A stretch of DNA of 64,000 nt, from positions 372,001-436,000 of the forward strand of contig JAQGDQ010000085.1 in assembly GCA_030141605.1 (NCBI GenBank), in the 5' to 3' direction. This document shows, in pieces, positions 48,284 through 63,200 of the stretch; the stretch's first letter is position 1, and the number at the start of each line of letters is the position of its first letter. The notes below the pieces were generated by a model that worked only from the letters and a program-made list of their open reading frames with translations, was not told the origin of the DNA and searched no databases. Position numbers and translations under genes: made by a program. This DNA is from Tubiluchus corallicola. Lineage: Eukaryota > Animalia > Priapulida.

Positions 48284-51200
48284 CTAGAATAAAATTTGTG
48301 TTATTTGTGAACAATGGACTCAGTAAGTGATCTCAAAGAGGAAATGGGAAAGATCGTTATTGATTTGATTTCAAATGATGGAGAACAGAACATGTATATA
48401 CAGGACAGAATATCAGGAAATGACAGCCCCAGCTGGCCTCGTCATACTTTAAAGTAAACACAGTTAAGATATAAACTTATTTTTTTAACATTTCATTTAT
48501 TATAATACATATTTTTAATGCACTATAAAAACTCTTTCCACTCCTCCTCGTCAGAAATCAAAAACGAGTCATGAAGCAATTCAAATTGAGAATCCAACAT
48601 GAATCAACCTGTCAATTTATGGCCCCCAGTGCTGCAAATCATGTCAGTGCTTGATACTAAGATAAGCATTGCGTTTGTTACTTGAAATTATATGCTCTTT
48701 TTCTTGATTTCGTCAATTTTTGTCCATTCCTTTCGATTTCTTCTGCACAGGGAGAGACAATAATTTTCTGACATCTTGTGTAACATTTATTTGCAAATAA
48801 ATGATGTAGTGAGCCACTACACGAAAATCTTAACGAAAGTCAAACAAGTCGTAAATTTTACGAAATCATTTTGGTGGCTGAATTTATAAGGGTATATTTC
48901 ATAAACGGATTTAATAACAGAATTTTGTGGCAGAACTAACAGACAATTTAACTCAATCAAATGTCTAGCTGACTTACGAAAAAACTACCATACTACTACA
49001 ACTACAATAATGACATGCACAAATGAAAATTATGAAATACCTTGCATTTTGGATTGTCGAGCACCACAAATACGGTAAAAATGTTAGCATCTCTGGTTCG
49101 TCTCACAGATCGCTTCACCACATCAACACCCTCCGCGAACAGGCCCCGCCCGTCTGACACAATTAGCAGAAGCTGTGCAGTGTCCATGTTTCCTAATTGT
49201 TGACTCTTTCTCGATGATAGCATCACGTCTACAACATGGAAAGTAATAATATTAACCGGTGCTAAATAAAGTTCATATTTGCATATAATAGAAGGTTAAT
49301 TTGTATGAGCAAATGTACTTGCATGATATACTTGGTGGGTGGAACTTAGAACAAGCCATGAGAGAAAGCGTAGTTTTGTTAACTAGCAGCTGAGATAGGA
49401 GACCTCACTGGTTGGCTTCACGTGGGTTCGTAATACTACGTGTGGCTTATATGGAAATCTTCAAGGAAATTCCATGCAATAATTGTAACTGATGCAGGAA
49501 AACACTGAAGGCACGAGTGACCGATTTAAAGTACTCTAACCTAACATAATATAAAGCGTAAATTAAAAAAATACGCTTTTATATGGTTGCGTCAGATAAG
49601 CATGAAAACGTACAAAAAAATTATAAAATTACAGGCCGAGTGTAAGATAAAGAAATATTACCTGGACGATCAGACGGAAACAGAAATATCTTTATTGTCG
49701 GCTCTAGTTTATCTAATATGCCTACATAGCACATAATGCATGAAATGGTCTTTTCTCATGAGTGAGAAAAAAAGAAAAGAAGAACGACTAACAGAGATAC
49801 ACAATCCTTATTATGAAAATGAAAATCAAATTCATAAAGGAGACTACATATTCGCAGTCGATCAAAAGATGTCTTTCCAAATTAAACCTACAATTTTTTA
49901 CACATATTTCACAAGAGTATAGCTACATATTCTGGGAATAACGAAATTAAACAGATTGCAAATGTAGCTGCACCTTGTGGCATGGCTAGTTAGCTTAATA
50001 AATTTAAACAGTGTATGTTTGCGTTACCCTATAAGCTTACAGATATATATTGACATGTGAAGTATCAATGAAGAAAAAGTCAATCATCTTTACGTAAATA
50101 AGCTATTAATTGTTGGACTTGCTAATAGCTTTTAAGGCTAATATTCTACAAAGTCGGTCACGCAAGACAAATAGTGCTGGATGTCGCTTTACGTGTTTGG
50201 TATATATATGCCACTTTGCAACAAAGCGTATCTCACCTAAAGCATAGTTCAATAACTGAGCAATTCTAGTCTTTTTCTGTTCGAATGTGAATGACTGAAG
50301 CACCGATGCACCCGACTGATTACTAAACTGTTCAGTAAAAGCATGTAACTGTCTAACTTCTTGTCCGAAGCTGCAAATATGAAGTTCTCCAGCTTCCAAC
50401 CACGACAGAGCATTAGCTATTACTGCTAATGATTCAAATGCCATCTAGAAGCAAAAAAAACCTATTACAGCTAATGATTCGAATGCCATTTAGTGGAAAT
50501 ATTTCGACCACTAATACTAATGTATGTTAATCCACTTAAAATAAACAAAGTTTGTACAGAAGCAAAAAATAGCTATTACGTCTAATGATTCGAAAGCCAT
50601 CTAGAAGCAAAAACTACAAAATCTGCTACATATCAACATATCTTGAATAACTTAACATCCATTTTTCTATGAAACACTAAGGAAATGTGAATGGGTCAAT
50701 GAATGATTAGTTTACTAAAATACAAAATAATATTTCAGCACTCATACGAATGCTTCCATCAGTGTAATGCAACAAGACTCGTAGATCCTCATTAACATTT
50801 GTAATATAATTTTTATTATATTGTATTGTATTGTATTGTATTGTATTGTATTGTATTGTATTGTATTGTATTGTATTGTATTGTATTGTATTGTATTGTA
50901 TTGTATTGTATTGTATTGCATTGCATTGCATTGTATTGCATTGCATTGTATTGTATTTGTATTGCATTGATTGTATTGTATTGTATTATAATATATGTAT
51001 TGCATTGTATTGTTTTGTGTTGTACACACCAATAAACTTATTATTACTGTGTTTGTTTAGTAAGTGCTATACATCTTTAGTTAGCCAGTCTTTAGTCTAA
51101 TGTTTTGTCCCACACCATCTACATCAAACGAAACAAAACTAATGTTGTTTTCAGTTCCCTGGAATCTCATTTGCAGTTTCATTAACTTAATAATTAATGT

Positions 51201-54200
51201 TTGGAGGAAACTTTCTTGCCTTATTTTGTCACAAACTACTGTGGTGACTGATATTTGGTAATTAGCAAACTTTATTTCTCAGATTTATTTGCGTATCATA
51301 CGTTGTTACAATAGCCTCTATGCAGTAACGGTTTTACTCATAACGAAGCAGGTGTATATTAGTATCAATAAGCATCATAGCACAAATTTTAACGTCTCAG
51401 CATCTGACCTGTTCAGCTCGCATGGCGAATGCAGGACAAGAAATCTGACAAATTTTAGTTTAACTTTTCCTCATGCTTGTGTTTATGTATGATTATTGAG
51501 GATTTTCTCTCACTCATGGTAGAATCAGTGCATCAGTATCATGAAAAGTGAATTCCTGCTTTTCAGAGCTAGTTAGAATACTTTACAGAAATCCTTGCTA
51601 ACTGTATTAACTGCAGTAAAGAACTGCCTATTATCTTATCTATTACTGTACTCAGTTCAAAACAACATCACAAAAAAGTCAAACAAAAAATGCTTCAACT
51701 GAAAGTAATAAAATTTTATCGAGGCATAAAAGGTACAAAGTTAAAAGGTATAAAATATTGAACAGGTAAAACAACACGTACCTGTTTTGAATGATTATCG
51801 ACCATACTTGAAGAATCATCAACGGCCAGCATGATCTGATAATTGCGTTTATTTGGTTTAGTTCGTCTCAGCCAGATTTTATCCTTTCTAAACTGACTGG
51901 CAATATACGGTATAACTTTCCTCATGTTAAGCCTCTTACCGGTACGAAAATCCCCCCTAATATAAGGGGAAAACACACAATCAATAATTCCCGAAACACT
52001 TATGTGCTGAGCAAACATTAGACACTCGTGTCATGGACATTCAATAATTATAGGCCACTAATTTAAATTTCAAAAAGTTAAATTACAAATGTCACAAACC
52101 TTAATATTTATGACACAAACTTATTAAACAAATGCTTAATTAGGGAAAGATGGTTTAACGAGTTTAGATTATTAAATAAATTATAATTTAGTTACACTAG
52201 CGAGCAAATATCGTAGGCTGTTCGTGATTAAAATGTCGCTGGCATACAAAAACTACACATTAATTAAAACAATTTGTGCACGCAAGCTGCTGGATGAAAC
52301 AACATGAAGGCAAAACATATATGATGTGACTTTCTTGGTCCGATCAAAGGTAAGCAAAATCTTTTCAACTTCATAAAAGCAACCAGTTTCTTAATTTAGC
52401 AAATTGCTTTAGGAAATAAAGGAATTTTAGTCATTGTTGAATCAAAAGATGAGGGTAGACATTACCTTTCTTTAATGCTTCATCAAGTTAAGACATACTA
52501 AGACATAGGGATGTAAAACGATAAAAATTTGGCGATACGATACAATGCTTTTTTCCAAAGACATGATAACGATAAACTATTTTCTAGATGACATGATACT
52601 ATATGATAAATTAATTTGAATGTTATAATACTTAAACAATACTGAAATTAGACGATTTACGCAACAACAGAAAAGGTATCATTAATAATTAGAATCATTA
52701 AGTACTTCAGTGTTGTATACTTAAATGGCTGCAAGTTTGTTTGTCATAATGATTCATAAATAAGTAAGCTGTGACAGATAAACATATTACTGCGATAAAA
52801 ATAATTATCTATGTGAGCTGCCATGACCGGGAAAGTGACACTAAAAATATGGTACGTATTTGACATCCGCGCGTCAGTATCAAAGTGAATAAAGGAGCCT
52901 CCATACTTTGTCAGTATGATTCAGAACAAAGATAGCCATTATTGCCAGGCGAAGATACAAGAACACGATTCCACACCTGACAAGCTTATATTTTGAAATA
53001 ACTATTTATATCCACTTCTTACATAATTACTGTAAATAAATAAATAAAAAAGAAAAGTGAAGATATTTTATAAAGGTAAGTGATAAGAAATGATACGTGC
53101 CAAATTCGATAAGATAACAATATTCCTAGTATAATACTGATACAATAATTGATAATTATAGATACGTATCGTTATCGTTAACATCCCTACTAAGATGCAC
53201 AATGTCTTATGACATGTCCATCATCTTTATTATAATCGACTTCATCAAGTTAAGATGGTCACAATCACAATTCTACAGTACCTGAGTTTAGATGCCTGAG
53301 TTGGTTCTAATACCAATCTCAGTTGCTCACACAATTCCCTCGCCAAGTCAGACGTCAGTGACTCGTACTTCTGCCAGGCATCTTGCGCTGCTTGTACCTG
53401 AAAATGTAACCTAACTAATTACTAAATCTGACTAAAACCAATCAAAATAATTTGTAAAGCAGAAATGTATATGCAAAATAATAAAAGGAAATAAGCAATT
53501 CTTAATATATGCATATGCATATTTCGCAGTTCTAGTTTATCTAGTACCAGAATTTGATAAAACACATACAAACTAGGTCTGTGATGGACAACATGATATC
53601 CTTCATTACGATATGTGCATCGCTAAAGTGCACTCATATCATGATAATCCGAGTCAATGGTATATGGCAAATTAGCACGCGTTTGACCGTGTGCTGATAA
53701 AAACGATGTGAAGTAATTCAAGCTGCAGCTGTGGAATGTACAGTTGATATCTCTCAGTCAGGGCAGTGAGCAGTAGTTGGCTTGACAAAGGCACTGCTAG
53801 CAGCCAAATGCAGTTGAAAATGCAAGGTTTTTAATCTGTAGTAGACTAATTACATTGTTTACATATAAACTAGTGAAATGGCAAACGTGAACCAGAAAAT
53901 GCCCAAGCAACTTTTAAACCTTCACAAAGTATTGACAAGTTTTGCTTTTCCAATAGCTTATAATGCAAACAATAGCTTACTTTTCACACAAGTAATCAAT
54001 AAAAATCAAACAGTTTGTCGAATTATTTCAGCTTTTAGCATTTGTAACCAATGGCTTCACTAGCTTATTTTTCATAAAGCCCGGAAATGTTAACTCAAGT
54101 ATATCGTGATATGCATCGTATCGTGATATGTATCATATCATGACCTAGGTGTATTGTTACAGCTCTACGGTAAGCCCTCAAATGAAATGAAACACATACG

Positions 54201-57200
54201 TTTGTGCAAGATTGTAGCTCAGGATGACTCCATGTTGTGAGTTCTTTCTCTAATTGCAATCTCAAGGTTTCCAGATCAATATTGGACTGATTCCAATTAA
54301 ACAGCTCTATATCTGCAAAGAAAAGGTTCAATGTTTTTATAATCAAACTGATGATGCACTTATCACCTCTGTTACACACATATTGCAACTAATAGTAATA
54401 CCAAGTGAATCCTATGAATCCTACTGATAATAACTAGCAGGATCCCTGATGATGAATTGGACAATTTTGTTTTCCTTGTAAGGATGATGCTGTTCAGTGT
54501 TTACTAAGCTGTATTATATGTATCTGTGTCACCACTAAAGCCAAGATTCCCAAAATTGGCAATAGTCCGAAAACCGGACAGTTCTAATTCTAACAGTCTT
54601 TAAGTATGCACCAAAGGTTCCCCCAAATAGTCGTAAGATGTGAATGGGTGTTCGCCACTGCTGCCAAAAGGTTGTTGGTTTCGGTGGGAAATCTTTAAAC
54701 TTTGTCATCGGTTTGCAAAACTTTCCACCTCGCCAAAACTTCTCCAACTGCCGTAGACTTGTCTAGACATGAGTTCAACGTGGGAAAATATGCCAATTAT
54801 TCGTGAAGATCGCCAACAATTTCAAAATACGCACAAATGAGGAGAACATTACGAGACATTTTTGAGAATGCTACGATGACTTCGGAGTTCTTTTTCAACA
54901 TTTTGATGACATGGTGGCAACCTTCGGTTATTCAGTAATTCTGTTGGCAAAAATTCTGTGAAATTATTGTAATGTATTGGTGCAAACGTCCTGCAGCATT
55001 TGCTTGGTCCCATAAGTGTCGCAGAAGTTGCCAAACAAAAATCGCAAACAACTCTATTGACCATCACCCAACAAAGAATTAAGTCCAAAGTTTACACACA
55101 AGTCCCAAAATCGTGTGAAATTATTTAGAATTTTGCACGAGCGATTTGCAACCTAGGCAATAAAACAAAGTCGCGTGAATTTACAGTCACGGCGACATTA
55201 AACTTAAAAATTTTTCGGCAGTTGCAAGAAAGTCACAGTCCCGTGTGTAACCAACTGAGCTATTGTTTATGACAGGTGTGAAGTCTAGAATTAAGCACTG
55301 AACCAAGATCACAGTTATTTAACTTTATATCCTACAAAACAACAGAAAATAAGAAAAAATCTTGCATGAAAGCAAATTTAATAATAGTAATTAACTTTAA
55401 AAACAAATTACTCGTATGAATCGTAGACTCTGGGTTTCGTTCAATCCAAGTAGTCTCCACTTTTTCTCCAGCTAACTCCACACTTGCTCCTTTTGCCTGA
55501 TCCTGGTCTTCCATTTCCACGTCATTATCCTCCTGCTGCTGAGTGGATTCAAATTTTTTCGGGTAAATTTTCTCTCTCTCATCTTCAATCTGGAACACAT
55601 ATTTATCAGCAATTTCAAAAAGCCGTATCTCAAAGCACAAATGAACTTGTGTGAGTTATGACAATGTATTTGCCCTAAATCACAAACAGAACTCATCGGC
55701 AAAAGTAGTCTTCACACTAAGTAAAGGGAGTCAGTAAACAGCTAAGTGAATATTATAGCACCAACGTGTTTTAACTTTTAGTTCAGGACAACATTTTCTC
55801 AACATCTTAAATTAAATTCATTGTTTAGTATACAAACTTAGGATATAGTTACTATATTACAACAGAGAAACAAACTACTACAATTTTATATCAACAAAGT
55901 ACTGATCATATTATATACATGAGTAAATAGTTAGTAAAACAGGTTAAGTGTGCAGATCTTGTTGACTTGTAATTCAAATTAAGGCTGACAGCAGGAACAA
56001 TGATATCATTGACAACTTTGTATGTACATTTACAAAACGGTGTGCTAGAATTAGCTATTTGCACAACGCAAGACAAAAATAGCCTAACAATGAGAGAACT
56101 AATAAGTCCCCAAATCCCAAAAATTAAAAGAAATCTACTCGTACAAAAAATTCTAAAACAAAACTAGCAAACAACCTTTTCTTTCTGTTTATCAAGAGGC
56201 TTAATGTCGTCACTGTCGTCTCTCAATTCTTCACCGTCTTGCTCCTCTTGCCGAGGCACTGGATGAGAAAGAGCTTCGTCTCTAGTAGCGGCATCATCGG
56301 TCTGCGCGTCGTAAAACTTGGCATCTTTGATGTGCTGATACAAATCGGAAGAGCGCTTTTCGCCCGACAGTCTTTCCTGTAAATCCACAAGCCTGCCATT
56401 AAAACATTAATGCACTAAGTGCTACAAACGTAAAAACGACGGAGGCGAATTTCACAGTGAAGATGTACGGAAAATTACGAAAGGAGTTGCCAAAAAAATT
56501 TCAGAAAATTTCCTAATTTTTTTCTCGAAATTTCATGCAACCAGAAAGTTCATTTCACAGTGAAACCGCGCAGTTTTTTTCATGCATCCAGTTAGCTGCA
56601 CCTACTAGTTGCAGGCAAATTACTATTATTACGATAGTATTCGGTGCAACCAGTTAATGAAACAAGACAGCACGGTGGGGATGTTGCATCCTTGTATGGA
56701 CATTTGAGAGATGATCGCTGTTGCATTAATAAAATATAAAATCGTCTGTCTGTTAAAAAGAGATTAAATCTTATAATTTTATGCTAATTGTTGTTCTTTA
56801 AATAAAAAAAGAAGTAATTGAGTAGTTAAATTTTAATCTGAATTCCCAGAGGATTCCTCACGAAAATTGATTATTTCTACTATGAGGCAATTTTTCTGGC
56901 TGGTGGCAACATAGGTCACAAGGAATTGCAGAAGGAAAATTCTTCATAAGGCATCACTGCGAAATATGCCACGGAAAACAATGTACTCTATTTTCATGAG
57001 GAATACTGCAAGAAATTTCTCCTCGAAGCTCACTGTGAATTTCACTGTGAAATGGACCCGAGACAATAGTTAATCAAGAGGGAAATCAATGGAACAGCGA
57101 ATTACAAAGTATGCAAAACTCATGGTGACTTAAATATATATCAGCGCAATTCAAGCCGGAAGCCAGCATTCAAAGAAAAACACCCTACGCAACAAGATAT

Positions 57201-60200
57201 TTGTAGTGTGACTGGAGCCTGGCTCATTGTCAAGGATATCCCTCTAAGGTAAGGCACTGAGGCAGCAAAGGCAGTATGTCCAATGCATCTGTAGCCTCCT
57301 TCTACATGGTAAACAACCAAGGTTTACGGATGATACTGCCTTGAACGAGTATATAACCCAAGGCGGTCTCACACAAAACACTCATCTATTCAGCTATGAA
57401 ACCAGCCGTAAACCGGCCTGATACCAAGAAGTAAACTAACCTGCTGCGCTACTTCCACTGCATCTACGATTTTCAGTCGCTTCTGTAAAGGTTCATCGGT
57501 TGATCCGATACTTCGATTAGGATCCGATTTTCCTGGAGCACGTTTGTGCTGCTGAGCATCATTGCCAGAAGCTTGATCCAGAGTAGCTGCAGTGCTATCT
57601 ACACTGCGCCCGTCTTCACTTTGCTCCGATGAAGCCATTCCCACTTGCTCTGCCTGTAATGCAAAAATTTAATGAAATAAGTTGACACTTTTACACTTGG
57701 ATTTTAATTTTTTGATGTGTAATTACTCTCAAGAAAAACCATAATAACAGCACCTATACCATATATTTATATGTGCTTACGCACACAAATTGCAAGGCAA
57801 CATAATATTCAAATAATTTACAGAAATAGAGACTTACTCATTTAGACAGCATACCTTTGGATATAGACTAAGACCTGAATTTGGAAAGACTAAGGAGATC
57901 AGCTAGTTAAAAGTAGAGATGTACAAATAAATAAACTCACATTTGAAATTTCACTAAGTTTATTTAAAGAGCATCTTTGCAGTAGTGTAAAGCATATATT
58001 ATTTGGACAAGAATGCATAATCTTCGTGTAGAGACTGAAAGCTAGGACAAGGTAAGTCAGCAAGAAAGGCTATGCTAATGCGGGAAAAAGAACCAACTGA
58101 GCAACATGTTCTTGGTCAGTGTAAAATTAGTGAACATCTTAGAATGAACTATAATAACAGGAATCTCGGCCTTAATTTTGACAACATGTGCAACTCCCTT
58201 AATTGCAATGAGTTAATTAAACTGAGTAAAAATCATGTAATTTTACACTAAGTTTTTTTTTGCATGTCACTGTTTTAAACACTGGGCAAGTGCTAAAAGG
58301 AAAGATTAGCTAATTTATACTTTTGCAATTTGTTGGACTAATTTATATTTCAAATGAGTGTTAATGTGTAATGACACTTCTGTATTGTGGTATTGCCAGA
58401 AAGTACAACATAATAGGTATGGCGTGTCTGCTTTTTGTCACAAAGGTCGTGAGTTCGATATACGGGTCGTACCAAAGACTATAAGAATGGTACCAGATGT
58501 TGCTCTGCCTAGTGCATAATCACTCTCATATGCAGTTTGTTATTTATAGTTGGTGATAAATCTTACAACATCATGGCTGTGTTGTCTGTCGAGTTTAAAG
58601 CAAATTTTAAAGAAAGGTTATTATTATTATTGAACAATGCTACTACTACGACTACGATGACGACCGCGACCACTACCACTACTACTACTACAACTGTCTC
58701 TGGACTACCACAACTACCTCTGGACTACCACATGTACTACTACAACTATCTCTGGACTACCACAACTACCTCTGGACTACCACAACTACTACTACAACTG
58801 CTTTCTGTTCAAACAAAAATGGTTCAGTCACAAAAAATATATTGCAATAAATAAGTTTTTACAGCTGTACATATCAATAAAAAAGTCAATGTAAATTTCT
58901 AAATACACATTATTACATATAATGGCAAAATTTTAAAAAGGACAGAATAGTTTATTCATAGTTTCATTAATTTGAAGCATATACGTGCACTAGCTTATAA
59001 AGTTGTATTCTGCTGCATATTCCATTACAAGCAGTAACTTAAGACTTTTACGCGGTGTGCATTCAATCATTAAAATCTACTTACGATGATATTTAACATT
59101 CAATTCGAAGTTTGTAATTAATAATAAATACCTTATTTTCATCGTTTGGTATCTGTGACTGTGTGTGACTCTCCAAGGAGTTGGTTGTGTCAGGAGCCAA
59201 AGTCTTTGACACTGCAGCATCATCAGTTTGTCCTTCCTCTACATGGGTATCCTTCTCATCTGGCTTCGTCACTCTTTCATTTTCTTCAGTATCGTCAGTT
59301 GGATTCTCTCCTGGTATTTCATCAGTATCCTGCCCAGGTTCCTCTGTATTGCTTTCCATGGGCTTTAACAGGAAAAACAAATGTTGTATAATCTAGTTAT
59401 GTTTATTTATCATCATTACAATAAAAAGGTTGAATTACAGCATAGCATAAAATTACAAAATATAATTTTTTTAAAAGAATAAGCAAGGTAGAACATGCAG
59501 GGACAAGCACTATTACATAGTTACAAGATACATGAACAAAATAAATTAAAATGTGTCTAAACTCAAGTTTGGAAATTAAATAAACCATAGCAGATAAAAC
59601 TTTGTATCTCTCTGCTCCGCATCTAGAAAGTTTATAATTTTAAATCTTAAAAATTACTATGAAACGACGATGGTGTGGTTTTTTCGCCGCTTGCCTCTGT
59701 GTACACATTATAAAAACAATTATGTATAAACAACGGGTAGACAACAGTGATGCATTGCTAATGAGAGAAAAATAAAAAAATAATAATAATAAACTGAATA
59801 AACAAAACTAGAGCAAATGCGTGTTATTTATCAAATGAAAACTTGTTACGACAATTGATATGACAAATGATTTAGTTTTATTGGCTGTTGTTAACGGAAA
59901 CTAAATTCGTCTGCCTTGGAAAGGTTGAGTACAACTTTTAATATTGCAGCTAGACAGTTTTGGTACTTACCAAACACGACACATATTGGATATCTGCGGT
60001 TCATTACTGACATGTGCTTGTTTGTAGCATCTCTACACTGTGCGTTTGTGAAGTTTTACGAAAAGCGTACAATGTCACCGAATACTGTTGTTAAAACTAT
60101 TTTAGATTATGCTAGAAGTAGTTTGTCATCACGTCTGGGTTTTAATTTAAGCTATTATTAGCAATCTTTAAACTACTGATATTAATTCAGCAAGGAAGAC

Positions 60201-63200
60201 ATGTAGTATGATAAAAAAGCAATTATCTTCTCTTTCAAAGGGCAACCATGTTAATTCATAGGTAGTCAATGAATTACTATTTAATGCCAATCATTTACCA
60301 GGTTTTAATAATCAGGAAATCAAAGGTATTTTAACTTGCGTATCAACCTGTTAATTATCTTTGTAATTTTTTTTGTTCTGTTAATTGTCCTTTTGTATAT
60401 ATAATTTTTTGTGAAATATGTATTGCACTCTGAGTATATAATAAATTATAATAAAAAATGCAGGTAAGCAATTTTGTGTGAAGTCCCCAAATAGTTATTC
60501 CTGTAACAGCCAGTACACAATTTATTGTAGAATGATAATAAAAGTTGTAGATTACACTCTGCATTTTTTCCTCAGTGAGTTCTTCATCTTTGGTAGTTGT
60601 ATCCGCATCTTCTGTCTCCCCTGCGTTATCATCACCATCCAAATGATCATCAGCATCAGAAGCATTTCCACCTGTTAATTAAATATTCATAGCAGTTTAA
60701 CACTTGAACTAATAACACAAATCTTCCAAAAAAAACCCCACAAAGCTTTTTAGTATTTTAAAAGCTTCATCTCATTGTCTTTGTTGTTTATCATACAGGT
60801 AATAATGATGTAATGATGTTTTATCACCTTCTGGATCAGGCTCTTCTTCATCTTTGTCATCATGATCAAGATCCAAGTCATCAGGTAAGTCCATCGGTTC
60901 TGGTTCTTGCTGTTGTTCTTGTTGTTGCTGATGATAAGGATCAATCCCCTCTCCCTGATACTCTCCCTAGAAAACACAAAACTCTTAGTCTTAAGTTCTG
61001 TTGCAAAGATCTAGAATGCAGCTATTGCAATGCATGCAATTATGCAACACATGGTTAAATAATACTAGTTAGTAATCGGCAACTTAATTCTTTGATTACC
61101 GAAAACCTGCTACCTTAGCACCGTAGCTTCTCCTTATTAAAGCCTTTCATTCTATGCACTAATCTCTAGGTATATTTCAAATATTGTAAAGTTGGTATTT
61201 GATTTAGAAAAAACACAGGGGGTAACTTTGTGATATTTAGGGCTGTTTCCTTCAATACAGGATTTAAAATTTAGTACAAGAGATATTTCAGTGAAATGCA
61301 CAAAACTAAAACCCACGTGAAACTTAGTACACTAAGCTAGTAAAAATGCATCCAGCAGTCAGAATAACAAGCCAAAATACTTCTAACTTCGGTAAAAAAA
61401 CTGGATAAGCAAAATAGTCAGAAAATGACGAGTAAACAGAGGCATCAATAAGCATTTAATAAAGAAGAGAATGAAAAATATTAACAAACAATGACTTTAC
61501 AACATCTTCCACGCCAGGCAACACCTCTTATATCAAAATGCTAATAACAAAATTAAAAATTCATAAATTAACCTAAACAAAAAACTACCAAAACATAGCA
61601 CACTGAGAAAAAACAAATTTTGCATACTTCATCGATCTGCTCTTGCTCTTTCTTCTGCTCCATATCATTCCCCATACCATCGTCATCGTCATCCTCTTTT
61701 GCTGCAATTCTGCTTTCTTTTTGTTTCCCGTCACCAGCACCTCTCTCCTCTTTGTTCTGTTCTTCTTCTTCATCTTCACTGTCGCTACCCCAGAGCTGCT
61801 CGTCAAGCTTCTGATCGTTGCTTTGATCAACATCACCCATTTGCTTATCCAAGGTGTTTTCTTCTTCCGAGTCGCTTCCAGAGTGCTCATCATCATCATC
61901 ATCACCTAAAATAGCCAATCAATTCACAATCATCAGAAAGCTACTATGAAATCAAACCCTACTGGCTTAACAAATGTAAGTTGTTAGATTCTGATAAGTA
62001 TTGTCCTCAGTTGAAATGCATAATCACTAAACACAAGTGTTTTGAAATAGTCAAGAAAACCTTGACAATAATGACAAAACATGCTTGTATTGTTCAGCCC
62101 AAATGCCTTCTAGTTTACATCATCGGACAAATAATGCAAGTTTCTAGCACAACAATCATCAAAATAAAGCCATAAGTTAAAATCTCGAGTTGCGCAAAAA
62201 TACTATAAGTTATGTTTAATTTCACATGATCAGCTGTTTGATCTCTAATTGTTAACTTAAATAGGGGTGAACTGAAATTTATTTGTTATGGCTTATTATA
62301 CACATCCTACCAGATATTAATACACTTACTATTCTGTCCTTGTTATTGCTTTTTGCAAGCTAATAAATGTTAGAAATGTCATTATCACAAGAAAACAAAC
62401 CTGTTTGCTCAATGTCGTGCATTTTGCCCTCGAAGTCATCCGACATTTCAATACCACCTTCTTCGTCCTTTAAATCAGGCCGATTCTCATTGTCATTCTG
62501 TTGTTCTTCGTTTTCTTTCTTCATTTCATCCAACTAACAACAAGTGTAAAGCAATCATAAGCAAAACACAAGAAACAAAGTTTAAAGTACGGTTAAACAA
62601 ATCTCTTAAGAAATAAAAATGTTCATTAGCGGCACAACACATAGTCTTTTAGTAATGATCTTTCATGGCAGATGAAATTCGACGAAGATATAATGCCATG
62701 GGATGATTTGCTGATGGTATTCTGTTAAATCGGAGATATAAACAGTACGACGTATTTTATTTAATATTTGTACCTTATTATATTAGACTTAATGCATACA
62801 TATAACTTGAATACATCGCATGCACATTGTACCCTACTAGCAATAATAAGGATGCCAGAAATTTAATTCAGTTCAGCTTTATTGCACAAATACTTAGTTA
62901 CGTAGTACATAGGCAAAGTCCACATCTAACAAAGGACACATTTATTCAGAAACAAAAGCATAACGAACATTTGGTCATTTGTCAGGCCTTTAACAATTGC
63001 ATTTAAAAGTGATATTCTGGTAAAACTTCTTTTTAGGAAAATCTCTTCAAAAGCATTTGCTTGAAAACCTATGATAAAAACCGCCGCATACACAAACAAA
63101 TGTTGCAAGATCTTTAGTTAAGAAAATGTTGCTATTTATGTGTAGCTAATTACCTACAAGATAACAAATTCATACCTGGTCTTCTGCTTCAATTTGATCA

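Noticed and set aside
51395-51440. GGCGAATGCAGGAC resembling the 3' end of an HDV-like ribozyme
   Set aside because: No P1/P3/L3 nested pseudoknot could be built upstream
54420-54500. TGATGA-containing segment as a C/D snoRNA
   Set aside because: The boxes are antisense to the host gene and no terminal D box or stem is arranged correctly
59146-61914. Ser-rich + strand ORFs
   Set aside because: Antisense shadows of the acidic midasin exons
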